Made by a program: the position numbers and the translations under genes. From Hemiscyllium ocellatum (lineage: Eukaryota): a stretch of DNA of 64,000 nt. A model generated the notes under the pieces. The model did no database searches. It saw nothing but the letters and a program-made list of their open reading frames with translations, and was not told the origin of the DNA. Shown here one piece after another: positions 62,100 through 64,000 of the stretch; within the stretch, counting starts at the first letter, position 1, and the number at the start of each line of letters is the position of its first letter. Location: assembly GCF_020745735.1 (NCBI RefSeq), contig NC_083405.1, positions 52,170,345-52,234,344 of the forward strand. Reading direction: 5' to 3'.

Positions 62100-63730
62100 A
62101 CATCTTATCCAAGGCAGGGTGGTGCCAAACCGGATTGGGTAAGTTGAAGGTGATGGGGTATCCCATGCTGCTACAGCGCTTGTTCTTCTTGTTGTGAATG
62201 TGACATTTTGAAAGGTGTTGATGGAACTTGGCGAATTGCTGTCGCGCATCCTGTGGGATCGTACACAATGTTGCCATGGTACTTCAATGGTTCAGAGACT
62301 AGATATTGCATCTAGATTGATGCTGTTCAAGTACACCATTCTGGAGTGAGTATCAAGAATGAGTATTGCTGCAGCTGCACTGTCAAATACACGGTAATAT
62401 CCAGGATATTGATGGTGGAATATTCAGTAATGTTAAGGCTGTTGAATGTCAAGAAGAGGCCATTGGCCATTATCTCGTTCGAGCTGACCATTACTTACTG
62501 TGCGAGAAGAATGATGTTGACCTCCTTTTAAACCAATCTTGCATGTTGTCCAGGTCTTGCTGCACATAGGGATGGACTAATTCCTAATTTGGGAGTTGTA
62601 ATTTAAGGTGAATACTGTAATTCACCAAACATTCTGACCTTACAATGAAGCTATTGATGAAGCAGTTGAAGATGGTTGGATCTAGGACAGTGTGCTGCAG
62701 AAATATGAAGACATAGATCAAATAGAAATAGGCCCTATGTCTAAATTGATCAGCTTCGAATAACTTCAATCATCTTACTTTATACTGTGTATGTCTAAAA
62801 ATGAAGATGTTCATTGAGCCTACTCCTCTCAGTAGATGTTCAATTGTCTGCCACTATTTGTAGCAGGACGTGGTAGTACTGCAGGATTGACCTAATCCTT
62901 TATTTTTGGTTCCTTATCTCTGTCTCTCACATCCCGTCTTCACTGTTAAAGATATTAATATATATAGACCAGCATTGCAGCTTTAATTGTTTTTCAATTG
63001 CTGATGATTTTTTTCCTCTCTCATGGAATATTGCTTGATTCTGAATGGAAAACTGAGGAAAATGTGAGGTGAGTTTACTATTTGTGATGATGCATGCTTT
63101 TCTTATTACTGATGACCAACTGAGCCTGGTCAATTTCATTATTATAACTGAAGTGTTCTAGATCTTTCCGCCAATTATTTTACAAGCCAGCATGATCAAT
63201 TGGGTCCTGCAGCCAAAGACAAGAATTCACCTACACAAGGATCATCAGGTGATATCTCCTATTACTGCTGTCAAGCATTGGTGCATTTATAACAGATGAA
63301 TGGGCAATCATGATATCAAGTAAGCTGTTCCTTCATGCTGATTCTCTTCAGTCACAAGCTCTATCTGGCAGTTACGCGATTTTATTGTCACTCAGTTCAT
63401 GGTGGTGTTTTCACATCACTTTTGATGATAAGCAGTTGAGTGTCACATCCAGAGTATCTTCTATCCCCAGTGTTTTCTTCCAAGTGGGTTCAACACTTAT
63501 AACTAACAGAAGTTGGTTTTATTCAACCAGTGAATTCCTCATCCACTGTTAACCCAAAGCCATGAGAAGTTATTTGGTACAGACCCAATGTTGTAAATTT
63601 CCTGTCCCCAATCAACTCTGCATCACTGTGTCTTTTCTGTTGAGTCTATCCTGCTTGTATACCTTTGGATGGTGGCAGAAGAATCTTAAACATTGCTGAT
63701 CCACATTATTTTGAAAGCATAACTATGTCA
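62100..63730 (-). mobile_element. Old fragmented L2/CR1-group LINE
   Basis: Patchy similarity to 27500-28400; endonuclease-like remnants near 63400-63500. Confidence 0.55.
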
Positions 63731-63740
63731 GACCATAGAT

Positions 63741-64000
63741 AAAAACAATGACTGCAGATGCTGGAAACCAGATTCTGGATTAGTGGTGCTGGAAGAGCAC
63801 AGCAGTTCAGGCAGCATCCAAGGAGCAGCGAAATCGACGTTTCGGGCAAAAGCCCTTCATCAGGAATAAAGGCAGAGAGACTGAAGCGTGGAGAGATAAG
63901 CTAGAGGAGGGTGGGGGTGGGGAGAAAGTAGCATAGAGTACAATAGTTGAGTGGGGAAGGGGATGAAGGTAATAGGTCAAGGAGGAGAGGGTGGAGTGGA
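63741..64000 (-). mobile_element. Neptune-type PLE terminal repeat running off the window, young
   Basis: GACTGCAGATGCTGG...GCAGCATCCAAGGAGCAG...CCCTTCATCAGGAAT; CpGs retained. Confidence 0.88.
63833..63867 (-). ncRNA. Minimal hammerhead ribozyme motif with intact core
   Basis: AUUC-CUGAUGA-A-GGGC(UUUU)GCCC-GAAAC-GUC-GAU. Confidence 0.82.

Overview
Repeat-dense eukaryotic DNA with no intact protein-coding gene that I can recognise. The repeat set (HE1/V-type tRNA-derived SINEs, CR1 LINEs with (CTCTATGA)n-like tails, Neptune- and Poseidon-type Penelope-like elements [PLEs]) points to a cartilaginous fish, probably a shark; this is an inference. The window is intronic or intergenic and over half mobile-element debris. 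Main contents: (1) a structurally complete but decayed LTR retrotransposon (19499-25564, minus; both LTRs, 4-bp TSD, PPT, degenerate PBS) with the Gmr1-type order gag-PR-IN-RT-RNaseH; (2) two older fragmented Gypsy relics; (3) many CR1 and L2/CR1-group LINE fragments; (4) five tRNA-headed SINEs and one TA-flanked Tc1/mariner-type MITE; (5) many PLE pieces carrying about a dozen minimal hammerhead-ribozyme motifs, including 82-115 bp TSD-flanked mini-insertions made of little more than the ribozyme and longer copies with inverted ends; (6) three copies of an ORF-less composite retroposon with a GC-rich tandem-repeat body and a shared GTGACAATAAA tail. TSD-delimited coordinates were read base by base; boundaries of old LINE/Gypsy fragments are approximate. 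Nearly all supplied ORFs are TE fragments or chance ORFs.
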